Below, piece by piece: positions 20,711 to 31,531 of a stretch of 64,000 bases of DNA. Position 1 is the first letter of the stretch, and each line of letters starts with the position of its first letter. The position numbers and the translations under genes are program-made. Origin of the DNA: Syntrophales bacterium (GTDB lineage Bacteria > Desulfobacterota > Syntrophia > Syntrophales > UBA2210); the NCBI GenBank assembly GCA_963666365.2, contig CAXXNF010000001.1, positions 1,024,001-1,088,000 on the forward strand, read 5' to 3'. The notes beneath the pieces are model-generated. The model searched no databases, was not told the DNA's origin, and saw nothing but the letters and a program-made list of their open reading frames with translations.

Positions 20711-22318
20711 ATGGACTACAAAGTAATTCTCGGAATCATCGGCGGTCTCGGTCTTTTCATCTATGGAATGCACCTTCTAAGCGATTCGCTGAAAAAGCTC
20801 TCTCTCTCACTCCTCAAAACGATGCTTGAAAAACTCACCTCCGACAGAATAAGGTCTGTGCTGGTGGGGTTGGGAGTAACCGCAATCATACAGAGTTCCA
20901 GCGCCACATCGGTAATCCTCATCGGGTTTCTTAACGCGGGGATTATCCAGCTTGCGGCGGCGCTTTCCATCATGATCGGCGCGAACATAGGCACCACCAT
21001 CACCGCCCAGCTGATTGCCTTCAAATTCACCGCCGCCGCACCCGTCTTCGTCTTTGCCGGAGCGGTTGTCTTTTTCTTTGCAAAGAAGAACAAGCACAAA
21101 AATAAGGGATTGGCAATCCTCGGATTCGGACTGCTCTTTATGGGACTCGCCATGATGAGTTCCGCCGTGAAACCACTGGCGGGAAACATTGTCGTACGGG
21201 ACGCCTTTACGTCTTTCGGAAGTCAACCCTTTCTGGGCATACTTACGGGATTGGTCGTCACGGCCGTCCTTCAGAGCAGCAGCACCACCACCGGGATGAT
21301 CATCGCCTTCGCACTGGCGGGACTTCTCGACCTGCCTTCGTCCATATATCTCATATTCGGCACAAACATCGGCACCTGCGTAACCGCCATTATCGCCAGT
21401 TTCGGCGGGAACCTTTCGAGCAAGCGGCTGGCACTGGGAAACACCCTCTTCAATATTGCCGGCACGGTCATCGCCTTCTTCATGGTTCCCCTGTACCTTG
21501 CCTATGTACCCCTCTTTTCGGAAAGCGTGGCCCGGCAGGTCGCCAACAGCCATACGATCTTCAATATCCTGAATACTATTATCTTTCTCCCCCTGATTCC
21601 GCTTTTTGTCCGAATTCTCGAAAAAATGCTGCCCGGCAGTGATTACAAAAAGCAGGAAATCCGCTATCTGGACGAGAATCTTCTGCCGACGCCCCATCTG
21701 GCCCTTTCGGCGGTCATCAAAGAGCTCACCGTCATGCTCTCGATCTGCGAAGAGATGATCGAAAAGGCGGAGACCTGCGTTTTTTCCTACAACCACAAAC
21801 TCAAAAACGAGATTATCTTCGACGAAGAGTCAGTCGATGAAATGCAGAAGAACATTACCGAGTACCTGGTGGAAATCACGAAAAACGAACTGACGGACCG
21901 CCAGAGGAGGCTGGTGCCGGCGATTCTTCACAGCGTGAACGATATCGAAAAAGTGGCCGACTACTGCGAAAACATCGTAATGCTTGCACAACGGACCTTT
22001 GAAGAAAACCTGTCCTTTTCCGGCGCCGCCAGGGAGGAACTGGAACGGCTCTTCGCAAAGACCAGGACCATCTTGAAACACACCATGCAGGCGGTGAAGA
22101 ACGATGATCATAAATCGGCCGCTATTACCCTCACTATAGAACGGGAATCGGATGAATTGATAACCCAGTATAAGCTGAATCATATTTTGAGGCTCGAGGC
22201 CGGCACCTGCATCAGTGAATCGGGCCTTGTTTTTTCGGATATTCTGACCGATATTGAGCGCATCGACGGACATCTTTGCAACATCACCAAAGGCATATTG
22301 CACATCGGGAAACGATAA
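20711..22318 (+). CDS. Na/Pi cotransporter family protein with C-terminal PhoU domain
   Basis: Two QSSS repeats, GANIGTT / GTNIGTC, cytoplasmic DIEKVAD and DIERIDGH PhoU-like motifs. Confidence 0.92.
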   Translation: MDYKVILGIIGGLGLFIYGMHLLSDSLKKLSLSLLKTMLEKLTSDRIRSVLVGLGVTAIIQSSSATSVILIGFLNAGIIQLAAALSIMIGANIGTTITAQLIAFKFTAAAPVFVFAGAVVFFFAKKNKHKNKGLAILGFGLLFMGLAMMSSAVKPLAGNIVVRDAFTSFGSQPFLGILTGLVVTAVLQSSSTTTGMIIAFALAGLLDLPSSIYLIFGTNIGTCVTAIIASFGGNLSSKRLALGNTLFNIAGTVIAFFMVPLYLAYVPLFSESVARQVANSHTIFNILNTIIFLPLIPLFVRILEKMLPGSDYKKQEIRYLDENLLPTPHLALSAVIKELTVMLSICEEMIEKAETCVFSYNHKLKNEIIFDEESVDEMQKNITEYLVEITKNELTDRQRRLVPAILHSVNDIEKVADYCENIVMLAQRTFEENLSFSGAAREELERLFAKTRTILKHTMQAVKNDDHKSAAITLTIERESDELITQYKLNHILRLEAGTCISESGLVFSDILTDIERIDGHLCNITKGILHIGKR

Positions 22319-22493
22319 CCTTCCGAAAGTAAAAACAGTTCCTGGTCAGCCAAAAAATTCTTTTCCCTTTTTTTTCATCCCTTGACAGAACGGATTTCAT
22401 GTTTATTTTAAGGGTGCCTGATTCAATAACGGAAAGATTTTCTTGTCTTATTTAAAATAAAAAACATGCATGAGGAAAGGAGACAAAGGAAGT

Positions 22494-22784
22494 ATGAACA
22501 TCAGACCATTACATGACAGGATTCTTGTACGGCGCCTCGAGGAAGAGGAAAAAACCAAAGGCGGCATCATCATTCCCGATAGCGCAAAAGAGAAGCCGAT
22601 GGAAGGCGAAGTCATCGCCGTTGGAAATGGAAAGAAGACCGAAGAGGGAAAGCTGGTCGCCCTTGACGTGAAAGCGGGCGACAGGGTTCTTTTCAGTAAG
22701 TATGCGGGTACAGAGGTGAAAATCGATGATGTGGAACACCTCATCATGAGGGAAGACGACATCCTTGGAATTATAGAAAAATAA
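22494..22784 (+). CDS. groES: Co-chaperonin GroES
   Basis: [10 protein letters not shown]...[13 protein letters not shown]...KYAGTEVK. Confidence 0.98.
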   Translation: MNIRPLHDRILVRRLEEEEKTKGGIIIPDSAKEKPMEGEVIAVGNGKKTEEGKLVALDVKAGDRVLFSKYAGTEVKIDDVEHLIMREDDILGIIEK

Positions 22785-22794
22785 TAAAGATTAG

Positions 22795-24456
<1,662 letters not shown>

Positions 24457-24486
24457 CAGGGTAATGTAAATTTCACATGCATGCGT

Positions 24487-24523
24487 AAAAAGGTCCCTCG
24501 CCCTTTCGGGCAGGGGCCTTTTT
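24487..24523 (+). terminator. Intrinsic terminator after groEL
   Basis: AAAAAGGTCCCT(C)GCCC-tttc-GGGCAGGGGCCTTTTT. Confidence 0.85.
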
Positions 24524-24749
24524 CATGTTCAGCCCGATGAAACGCCCCCATGATCTCTTAAAATCCTATGCGAGAGTATCTGCGTAGCGTTTTTTTAACA
24601 AATTTATTCCGGCAGTCATTTCCGACAAATCTGTTGCCTCATCCGGCTGACCTGTGTTATAGGGACCCGTTGTTGTAACGTGAAGTCCCTTATGTATCTC
24701 CATTGCGGGGAATACACGCACGTATCAGTCCATACACCAGGAGACGTCC

Positions 24750-27554
24750 ATGAACTACAAGGATACACTTAATCTTCCCAGAACCGATTTCGCCATGAAG
24801 GCAAATCTTTCAAAAAAAGAACCGGACAGGCTCGGCACATGGGAATCCGTTGATATCTACAAGAAAATACGCGCTATATCGAAAGGGAAACCGACCTTCA
24901 TACTTCATGACGGCCCGCCCTATGCGAACGGCGACATCCACCTCGGCACGGCACTCAACAAAATTATCAAGGACATCGTCATAAAATCGAAAAACATGAC
25001 CGGCTACGACAGTGTCTACGTGCCGGGATGGGACTGCCACGGGCTCCCCATCGAACACCAGGTGGACCAGAAGCTGGGGGAGAAACGGTACACCCTTTCT
25101 CAAGCGGAAAAGCGCCGCCTCTGCCGTGCCTACGCGGAAAAATTCGTCGACATACAGCGCGAACAATTTAAAAGATTCGGCGTGTTCGGGGAGTGGAACA
25201 ACCCCTATGTAACCATGGATTACGATTACGAGGCAACGACCATCGCTGAATTCGGAAAGCTCATGGTGGGTGGCGACGTCTACAAGGGAAAGAAACCGGT
25301 TTACTGGTGCGCCTCCTGCAAAACGGCACTGGCCGAGGCGGAAGTGGAATATGCGGATCATTCCACTCCGTCAATATATGTGAAATTCCCCCTTGTTTCC
25401 GATATCGCTTCCGTGCTCCCCGCACTCAGGGGAAAACCCCTTTCCGTTGTCATATGGACCACAACCCCATGGACCATTCCGGCAAATCTGGCCATCGCCC
25501 TGCACGAAGATTTCGAGTATGTCGCCCTTGAGGTAGAGGGGGAGGTGCTTATCTTTGCCGAGGAACTCACCGACTATTGTCTTGACGCCTTCGGATACCG
25601 GGATAAAAACGCAGAGGTGCTGGCCACGTTCAAGGGTTCAGTGCTGGAAGGAATGGCCTGCCGGCATCCCTTCATCGAACGGGAAAGCACGCTCATCCTC
25701 GCCCCCTTTGTTACACTTGAAGCGGGAACCGGCTGCGTCCATATCGCACCCGGGCATGGTCAGGAGGACTATGAAATCGGCCTGGAATACGGGCTCGATG
25801 TCTATGCCCCCGTCAATGACGACGGTCAATTCACCGCCGATGTGGATTTTTTTGCCGGCCAATTCGTTTTCGACGCCAATAGCGCGGTGATCGACAAGCT
25901 GAAGGAAGTGGGCGCCCTGATGGGACACCTCGACATGGAACATCAGTATCCTCACTGCTGGCGATGCAAAAACCCCATCATTTTCAGATCGACGGAACAA
26001 TGGTTCATTTCGATGGATAAAAATTCGCTTCGTCAAAAGGCCCTTTCCGCAATCGACGGCGTGACCTGGTTTCCTTCCTGGGGTCGTGACCGCATTTACG
26101 GGATGATCGAAAACAGACCCGACTGGTGCATCTCGCGGCAGCGTTCCTGGGGCGTCCCCATTACCGTCTTCTATTGCGCCGAATGCGGCCAACACCTGGC
26201 GTCCAGGGAAATCCTCGATTACGTCGTGGCCCTCGTCCGCGATCACGGTGCGGACATCTGGTTCGAAAGGGATGCGAAAGATCTCATGCCCGAAGGCACA
26301 CTGTGCCCCCACTGCGGGGGGGGGCGCTTTACCAAGGAAACAAACATACTGGACGTGTGGTTCGATTCCGGCGTCAGCCACGCGGCGGTACTGGAAAACT
26401 CATCGCAATGGCCGGACCTTTCATGGCCTGCCGACCTCTATCTGGAGGGGAGCGACCAGCACCGAGGGTGGTTTCATTCCTCGCTCCTCGAATCGGTGGG
26501 CTCCCGGGGTCATGCACCCTATCGGTCGGTCCTTACCCACGGCTTCGTCGTCGACGGAGAGGGAAAAAAGATGTCCAAATCGATGGGAAATTTCATCGAT
26601 CCCCAGCAGATGGTCGATCAGTATGGTGCGGAAATTCTCCGTCTCTGGGTAGCCGCCGAAGATTACACCATGGATATTCGCATTTCCGAAGAAATTCTGA
26701 AGCGCCTTGTCGAGGCCTACCGCCGTATCCGCAACACAAGTCGCTACATCCTGGGGAATCTTTATGATTTCGACTGCGAAAAGGACGCCCTCCGCTATGA
26801 GGAAATGGAAGAGATCGATCAGTGGGCCCTTCACCGGCTCCAGGAAATTATCGGACGCGTCCGCAAGGCCTACGAAGACTACCAGTTCCATATGGTCTAT
26901 TACACGCTGTATAATTTCTGTACCGTTGATTTGAGTGCACTCTATCTCGATGTCCTGAAAGACAGGCTGTACACCTCGAAGGCCGCTTCCAGGGAACGCC
27001 GGTCCGCCCAGACCGCCATGCACGCAATTCTCGATGCCATGGTGAGACTGCTGGCGCCGGTGCTGACCTTTACGGCCGAAGAAATATGGGAGAATCTGCC
27101 CCTCTACGAGGGGAAAGAAGAGAGCGTACACATGGCGCAGTTTCCCGAGGTCAATTCCCGCTATCTCATAAACGATCTTGGCGAGCGATGGAAAACCATC
27201 CTGAACGTCAGGGGAGAAATCTCCAAAGCCATAGAAGCGGCACGGCGCGACAAGATTATCGGTCATTCCCTGGACTGCCGCATTGATATCGCGGCGCCGG
27301 ATACACTGAAGGCATTTCTCGGCGACCGCATTTCCGACATGGCCACATTATGCATCGTGTCAGCGGCCCGCATCGTCCCCGCCGAGGAGCTTTCCGATCC
27401 CTATGAAAGCGCGGAGATCGAGGGGCTCAAAATCGCGGTTTCAAAGGCCTCAGGGGACAAATGTGAACGGTGCTGGCACTACAGTGAATCCGTGGGCAGT
27501 CATGCGGAGCATCCTCGTGTCTGCACTCGTTGTCTCGAGAATCTCGCATCATGA
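24750..27554 (+). CDS. ileS: Isoleucine--tRNA ligase (type 1)
   Basis: HDGPPYANG-HLGT (HIGH equivalent), GWDCHGLPIE, WCISRQR, KMSKS, C-terminal CERCW...CTRC zinc finger. Confidence 0.98.
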   Translation: MNYKDTLNLPRTDFAMKANLSKKEPDRLGTWESVDIYKKIRAISKGKPTFILHDGPPYANGDIHLGTALNKIIKDIVIKSKNMTGYDSVYVPGWDCHGLPIEHQVDQKLGEKRYTLSQAEKRRLCRAYAEKFVDIQREQFKRFGVFGEWNNPYVTMDYDYEATTIAEFGKLMVGGDVYKGKKPVYWCASCKTALAEAEVEYADHSTPSIYVKFPLVSDIASVLPALRGKPLSVVIWTTTPWTIPANLAIALHEDFEYVALEVEGEVLIFAEELTDYCLDAFGYRDKNAEVLATFKGSVLEGMACRHPFIERESTLILAPFVTLEAGTGCVHIAPGHGQEDYEIGLEYGLDVYAPVNDDGQFTADVDFFAGQFVFDANSAVIDKLKEVGALMGHLDMEHQYPHCWRCKNPIIFRSTEQWFISMDKNSLRQKALSAIDGVTWFPSWGRDRIYGMIENRPDWCISRQRSWGVPITVFYCAECGQHLASREILDYVVALVRDHGADIWFERDAKDLMPEGTLCPHCGGGRFTKETNILDVWFDSGVSHAAVLENSSQWPDLSWPADLYLEGSDQHRGWFHSSLLESVGSRGHAPYRSVLTHGFVVDGEGKKMSKSMGNFIDPQQMVDQYGAEILRLWVAAEDYTMDIRISEEILKRLVEAYRRIRNTSRYILGNLYDFDCEKDALRYEEMEEIDQWALHRLQEIIGRVRKAYEDYQFHMVYYTLYNFCTVDLSALYLDVLKDRLYTSKAASRERRSAQTAMHAILDAMVRLLAPVLTFTAEEIWENLPLYEGKEESVHMAQFPEVNSRYLINDLGERWKTILNVRGEISKAIEAARRDKIIGHSLDCRIDIAAPDTLKAFLGDRISDMATLCIVSAARIVPAEELSDPYESAEIEGLKIAVSKASGDKCERCWHYSESVGSHAEHPRVCTRCLENLAS

Positions 27555-28042
27555 AAAAGGATCACATAGTATTTTTCCTTATCGCCTTCTCTGTGGTACT
27601 CGTCGATCAAGTGAGCAAGTACTGCATCCGCAGTGCGCTTACCCTCCACGAATCGATCCCCCTAATCGATGGGTTTTTCAATATTACCTATGTGAGAAAC
27701 CCGGGAGCGGCCTTCGGGTTTCTTGCCGGGGCCTCACCGGTCCTACGGTCCGTTTTCCTGATTGCCGTCACGCTGATCGTCATCGTACTTATCGTGATCA
27801 TGATTGGACGGAATCGAAGCCCCGACGGACTTTTCACCTTTTCTCTGTCACTGGTGCTGGGCGGCGCCGTCGGCAACCTTATTGACCGCATTTATTTCGG
27901 TGAAGTGACCGATTTTCTCGATGTCTATATAAGCTCAGCACACTGGCCCGCCTTCAACGCAGCCGATTCGGCAATCACCGTAGGCGCCGTTATGCTGATT
28001 TTGGGGATGATCAGACGAAAAAATCCGGAAATCGCGATTTGA
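27551..28042 (+). CDS. lspA: Lipoprotein signal peptidase II
   Basis: DQVSK, RNPGAAFG, GNLIDR, VTDF, PAFNAADSAI; canonical ileS-lspA order. Confidence 0.96.
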   Translation: MKKDHIVFFLIAFSVVLVDQVSKYCIRSALTLHESIPLIDGFFNITYVRNPGAAFGFLAGASPVLRSVFLIAVTLIVIVLIVIMIGRNRSPDGLFTFSLSLVLGGAVGNLIDRIYFGEVTDFLDVYISSAHWPAFNAADSAITVGAVMLILGMIRRKNPEIAI

Positions 28043-28483
28043 CGGTTTCGTAAAAAGCCCCCATATACCGACGGGTCGGCACTATAATGGAAAGTAAATG
28101 ATGCTGGCGCATCTCTGTTCCCTATGATGCATCCTGCTTCAGTTGCCGTCGTTGAAGGGCATGAGGTGGCGCCCGGCTCAGACCGGTGTTTCGACCATGC
28201 ATCGTCTCGCGAAGCTGCTGAGCTCGCAGAGAAAGCCTTGTTATATCTTATAAATACCCTGCGTTCTCTGCGCCCCTGCGCGAGCATGTTTTTTTGTTCT
28301 CCCGCAGAGCCGCTGAGCTCGCAGAGAAAGCCTATTTATTTTTTCTTTTCTCTTCTCTTTTCCTCTGCGCCCCTGCGCGAAATCCTTTTTTTATTGCCGG
28401 TACGCTTCGCTCAAGAACCTTTGAGGTACTTTCAATTATATTGACACCTTGGTCGGCATAAAGAGCTTTTTACGAGTCCATCA
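28040..28483. mobile_element. MITE-like element (444 bp) with ~57-bp imperfect terminal inverted repeats and no transposase
   Basis: Left end TGACGGTTTCGTAAAAAGC...CACTATAATGGAAAGTA (28040-28096); reverse complement of right end TGATGGACTCGTAAAAAGC...CAATATAATTGAAAGTA (28427-28483). Confidence 0.7.
28205..28381. repeat. CGCAGAG-type inverted repeat element, copy C (two tandem hairpin units)
   Basis: GCTGAGCTCGCAGAGAAAGCCT twice (~28217, ~28312) and CTCTGCGCCCCTGCGCGA twice (~28266, ~28363). Confidence 0.8.
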
Positions 28484-28487
28484 GAAA

Positions 28488-28967
28488 TCAAGGTCTCAAA
28501 ATTATTACGTCAAGATACTTCCTGCCCCACTCGAGCGCGTCGTCGCGATCGGGGAAGAATATGTCGATATGCTCACCCGTAATCGCCCGTCCTCTATCGT
28601 GCACCTCCCCCCATCCATAGCCGGGCACATACATTTTCGTCCCGAAGGGATATTTCGGATCGGCGGCGATCGTGCCTTTTTCGGCTTTTGATCCGTCGGC
28701 GGTAATGCCGACGCGTTTTCGTTTCCCCTTGAGGGGACCATAGGCATAGACGGGGGGACCAATGCACCAGTACTTCCGTTTCCATCCGCACGATTCGGGC
28801 CCCGCATCGTAGGCCGTCACCAGCATTCTTTTTACTTCACGTCTGTGGGCCTTTGTGCCCGCACCGGGAAAGAAGCAGCACCCTTCGACAAGAATCAGGA
28901 TACATATGCTGCAGATAACGAGGGTCCCCTTCAGCGAAACTACGGGTATGCCATGGTCCATTTTCAT
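28488..28967 (-). CDS. 3D domain-containing protein (peptidoglycan-related)
   Basis: VTAY, GITADG, TIAADP..PFGT..YVPGYG, HDRG.AI..HIDIF. Confidence 0.88.
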   Translation of the reverse strand: MKMDHGIPVVSLKGTLVICSICILILVEGCCFFPGAGTKAHRREVKRMLVTAYDAGPESCGWKRKYWCIGPPVYAYGPLKGKRKRVGITADGSKAEKGTIAADPKYPFGTKMYVPGYGWGEVHDRGRAITGEHIDIFFPDRDDALEWGRKYLDVIILRP

Positions 28968-28979
28968 GAAACGTCGTTC

Positions 28980-30029
28980 CTACTCCACGGCACCTTCAAG
29001 ACGTTTCCTTATGGCAACCGCCTCGGCCACTATCCGTTCAATACGTTCCGCAATCGTCGGCACGTCGTGGATCAGCCCCGTCACCTGTCCGACGGGGAGC
29101 ACACCCTGCTTCGTATCCCCTTCCTCGGTGGCGACACGAAGCATCTTGAATGCGTTGGCCAAATAGGCCATCATGGTCATGTTCTTCCATCCGGAGGCCA
29201 CCACTCCCATGAAGAGCTTGGAGTAGGGAAGGCCCAGAGATTTCGCGATATCCTTTGAATTCACAAAAGCGGCTGGAAAATTCGGCAACCCCATAAACCC
29301 TTTCCGATACGCCCGAAGGGCAGCACCGGTTTTCATGGAGCGGCAGCCGAGCCCGTCGAAATAGGGCCCGTAAATAGTATCATCGATCCCCTTCTTGACT
29401 GAAAGTTCCTTGTAGGTGTCGTGCAGCGGACTTTCTTTGGTGCTCATAAAGCCCGTCCCCATGGCAATGCCCTCCGCACCGAGCGAAAGCGCAGCCATAA
29501 GCCCCCGCCCGTCCACAAAACCGCCGGCGGCGATTATGGGGATCTCGACCGCATCTGCCACCGCAGGAATCAACACGAGCGACGTCGCATCACCCCCGTG
29601 AGCAGCCGCCTCATGACCGGTCACGACGAGACCGTCGGCCCCCTGTTCCTCGGCACGCTTTGCATGGCGTTCATTCACCACCGTGGCAATCACCTTCCCC
29701 CCGTATTTGCGGGCGCCTTTGGCGAGCCAGTCCCCCTTGCCAAGAGAAAAATTGATCACCGGCACCTGCTCTTCCAGAAGTACCTTTGCATTTTGTGCGG
29801 CGCCGGGGAACAGCAACGTTGCATTCGCACCGAAGGGCTTGTCGGTCAATTCCCTGATTTCCCGAATTGCCTTTCTTGTCTCTTCGGCATTCAGGGGTCC
29901 CGTCGCAAGCACGCCAAGTCCGCCGGCATTGGAAACCGCGGCGACCATGGAGGGCACGCTTATCCAGCTCATCCCTGAAAGCATGACGGGATACTTGATG
30001 CCAAACAGTTCGGTAATTTTCGTTTTCAT
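28980..30029 (-). CDS. Nitronate monooxygenase / FabK-like flavin enoyl reductase family protein
   Basis: AAVSNAGGLG, GHEAAAHGG, IIAAGG..DGRG, GIAMGT, GQVTGLI. Confidence 0.88.
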   Translation of the reverse strand: MKTKITELFGIKYPVMLSGMSWISVPSMVAAVSNAGGLGVLATGPLNAEETRKAIREIRELTDKPFGANATLLFPGAAQNAKVLLEEQVPVINFSLGKGDWLAKGARKYGGKVIATVVNERHAKRAEEQGADGLVVTGHEAAAHGGDATSLVLIPAVADAVEIPIIAAGGFVDGRGLMAALSLGAEGIAMGTGFMSTKESPLHDTYKELSVKKGIDDTIYGPYFDGLGCRSMKTGAALRAYRKGFMGLPNFPAAFVNSKDIAKSLGLPYSKLFMGVVASGWKNMTMMAYLANAFKMLRVATEEGDTKQGVLPVGQVTGLIHDVPTIAERIERIVAEAVAIRKRLEGAVE

Positions 30030-30057
30030 CGGTCTCTCCTTTGATGTGGTATGGTGT

Positions 30058-31104
30058 TCAATGATGTGGAGTAAATGCTGCAGCCTTCATTCGGATCCGG
30101 CGATACATCGCCTGAAGACAACGGTCCGACATGACCGTCACGGTAGTATAAAAGAGGATCTTTTTTACCTCCCGCCGGCTTATTTTTATCGTGCGACCGC
30201 ACAGAAGAGATTTCTTCTCTTCGGAAAGCCTCGCCAATGTCTCTAGGGCCATAAAGAGCGGCCATAGACAGAAGAGACGGTATCGCACCTGCGATCTCGG
30301 AATATCGAGGGTGTACAAGAGCGCTTCGTCAAGATTTTCAAGGGCCAGGGAGATAAGCCTCCTGAAGACGCCCAACGAAGCCTGTTGATTACACTGTAAC
30401 AAATGCACGTCGGGGGCAATGCCTTCAGACTCAAAAAACGACCGGGGCACATAACACCACCCCCTCCCGAAGTCTGAAAAGAAATCCTTTGCAATATTAG
30501 TAATTTGTAATCCCGTCCCAAAGGCAACGCTTCGGGAGTACAAACGTTCCCTTAGCTCTGACGGCATGGACGGCGCCCCTTCAGCGAAAAGCGAAGTAAT
30601 CATCACGCCCACCGTACCCGCAACATAATAGCAGTAGCGCTCCAGCTCCTCCCGGTTATCAAGACAGATCATCCCGCTGCGGGACCGCTTTTTCTGGAAC
30701 TCGGCCATGCCCAGAGCCATTTCCCGGACATGCTGCGATATGATGGAAATATACGCGGGGGGCAACTTGACAAACTCCGATACTACGCAGTCAATATCCC
30801 CGACGAGGCGTACATCAAAACTCTCCCGGCTGAAGGCAAGCTCGTCAGTAAAATGTGCCGTGCGACTGCGCCAATCGGACGAGGGGGGAAAGAGCGACGC
30901 ATAAAGAGAAAGATAGCCAATTTTCTGCCCGAACGAGAAAGAGGGATCATCTTCAAGGGTATCGGCAATGCGGCACAGTAGGTACGCCAGAAGAAGTCCC
31001 CGATACACGTCCCCTCCGAGCACCCGTATATTCAGGGCAAAAGTTCTGGAAACCTTCGTCAAATGATCCTCACAGATCCTGAAATCGTTCCCGCTCGCCG
31101 CCAT
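30058..31104 (-). CDS. Squalene/phytoene synthase family protein (squalene-synthase-like)
   Basis: VSRTFAL, YLLCRIADTLEDD, YCYYVAGTVG, GLQITNIAKD, RLFCLWP, KISR. Confidence 0.88.
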   Translation of the reverse strand: MAASGNDFRICEDHLTKVSRTFALNIRVLGGDVYRGLLLAYLLCRIADTLEDDPSFSFGQKIGYLSLYASLFPPSSDWRSRTAHFTDELAFSRESFDVRLVGDIDCVVSEFVKLPPAYISIISQHVREMALGMAEFQKKRSRSGMICLDNREELERYCYYVAGTVGVMITSLFAEGAPSMPSELRERLYSRSVAFGTGLQITNIAKDFFSDFGRGWCYVPRSFFESEGIAPDVHLLQCNQQASLGVFRRLISLALENLDEALLYTLDIPRSQVRYRLFCLWPLFMALETLARLSEEKKSLLCGRTIKISRREVKKILFYTTVTVMSDRCLQAMYRRIRMKAAAFTPHH

Positions 31105-31209
31105 AATCCTCGCCCGAAATGTCCTCCCTTTTAGTCTGGGACACTGTAAAAAAAATACCTCCTCAATGTCAAAAGAATAATCGACGCCCGCCGTAATAGT
31201 TCCCGCCAC

Positions 31210-31241
31210 AAAAAAAGGGAGACCCTGAGGCCTCCCTTTGC
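31210..31241 (-). terminator. Minus-strand intrinsic terminator with no annotated upstream gene
   Basis: Minus strand CAAAGGGAGGCC-UCAG-GGUCUCCCUUUUUUU. Confidence 0.8.
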
Positions 31242-31425
31242 AAAGGGAATGTACCAACCAATGTTTTTATAACCCGTGCCGCAATCTAAAGAATAACTCT
31301 AAGAACTTACATCCAAAAACAACCCTCGCCTCGCAATTCCACTTCATGTACAATTCAAGGGCTCTCAAAAATCGGTCGGTTCAAAGGTTTAAACCAGAAA
31401 ATTAGGAGGTATTTTCCAGTTCGCC
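31210..31425 (-). ncRNA. Candidate sigma54-dependent small RNA (~215 nt) with anti-SD loop, complementary to the porin 5'UTR
   Basis: Bounded by the -24/-12 promoter (31435-31450) and the terminator (31210-31241); no convincing ORF; 5' hairpin exposes ACCUCCUA. Confidence 0.65.
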
Positions 31426-31434
31426 CTTTTGTAA

Positions 31435-31450
31435 AGCATGGACCGTGCCA
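31435..31450 (-). promoter_or_regulatory. sigma54 (-24/-12) promoter
   Basis: Minus strand TGGCACGGTCCATGCT = GG-N10-GC; adjacent to a sigma54 activator operon. Confidence 0.8.
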
Positions 31451-31531
31451 GAGGAGTGCATTGATGTTCAACACATTGAAATATCTTTCAAATGCATTGT
31501 CTACCCCCCTTCAAGAAGACGTCGGGACAGA

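Noticed and set aside
22320..22493. CIRCE element before groES
   Set aside because: No TTAGCACTC-N9-GAGTGCTAA found; only a TTGACA -35-like box at ~22382
24530..24749. T-box riboswitch upstream of ileS
   Set aside because: No GGTGGNACCGCG T-box motif and no terminator before the start
31105..31257. N-terminal extension of squalene synthase in the ORF track (start 31257)
   Set aside because: It runs through a terminator and promoter-like DNA; the family-like sequence begins near ATG 31104
31267..31347. 26-aa minus-strand ORF (MKWNCEARVVFGCKFLELFFRLRHGL) inside the candidate sRNA
   Set aside because: No properly spaced SD and no recognisable motif; not excluded as a dual-function peptide but unsupported
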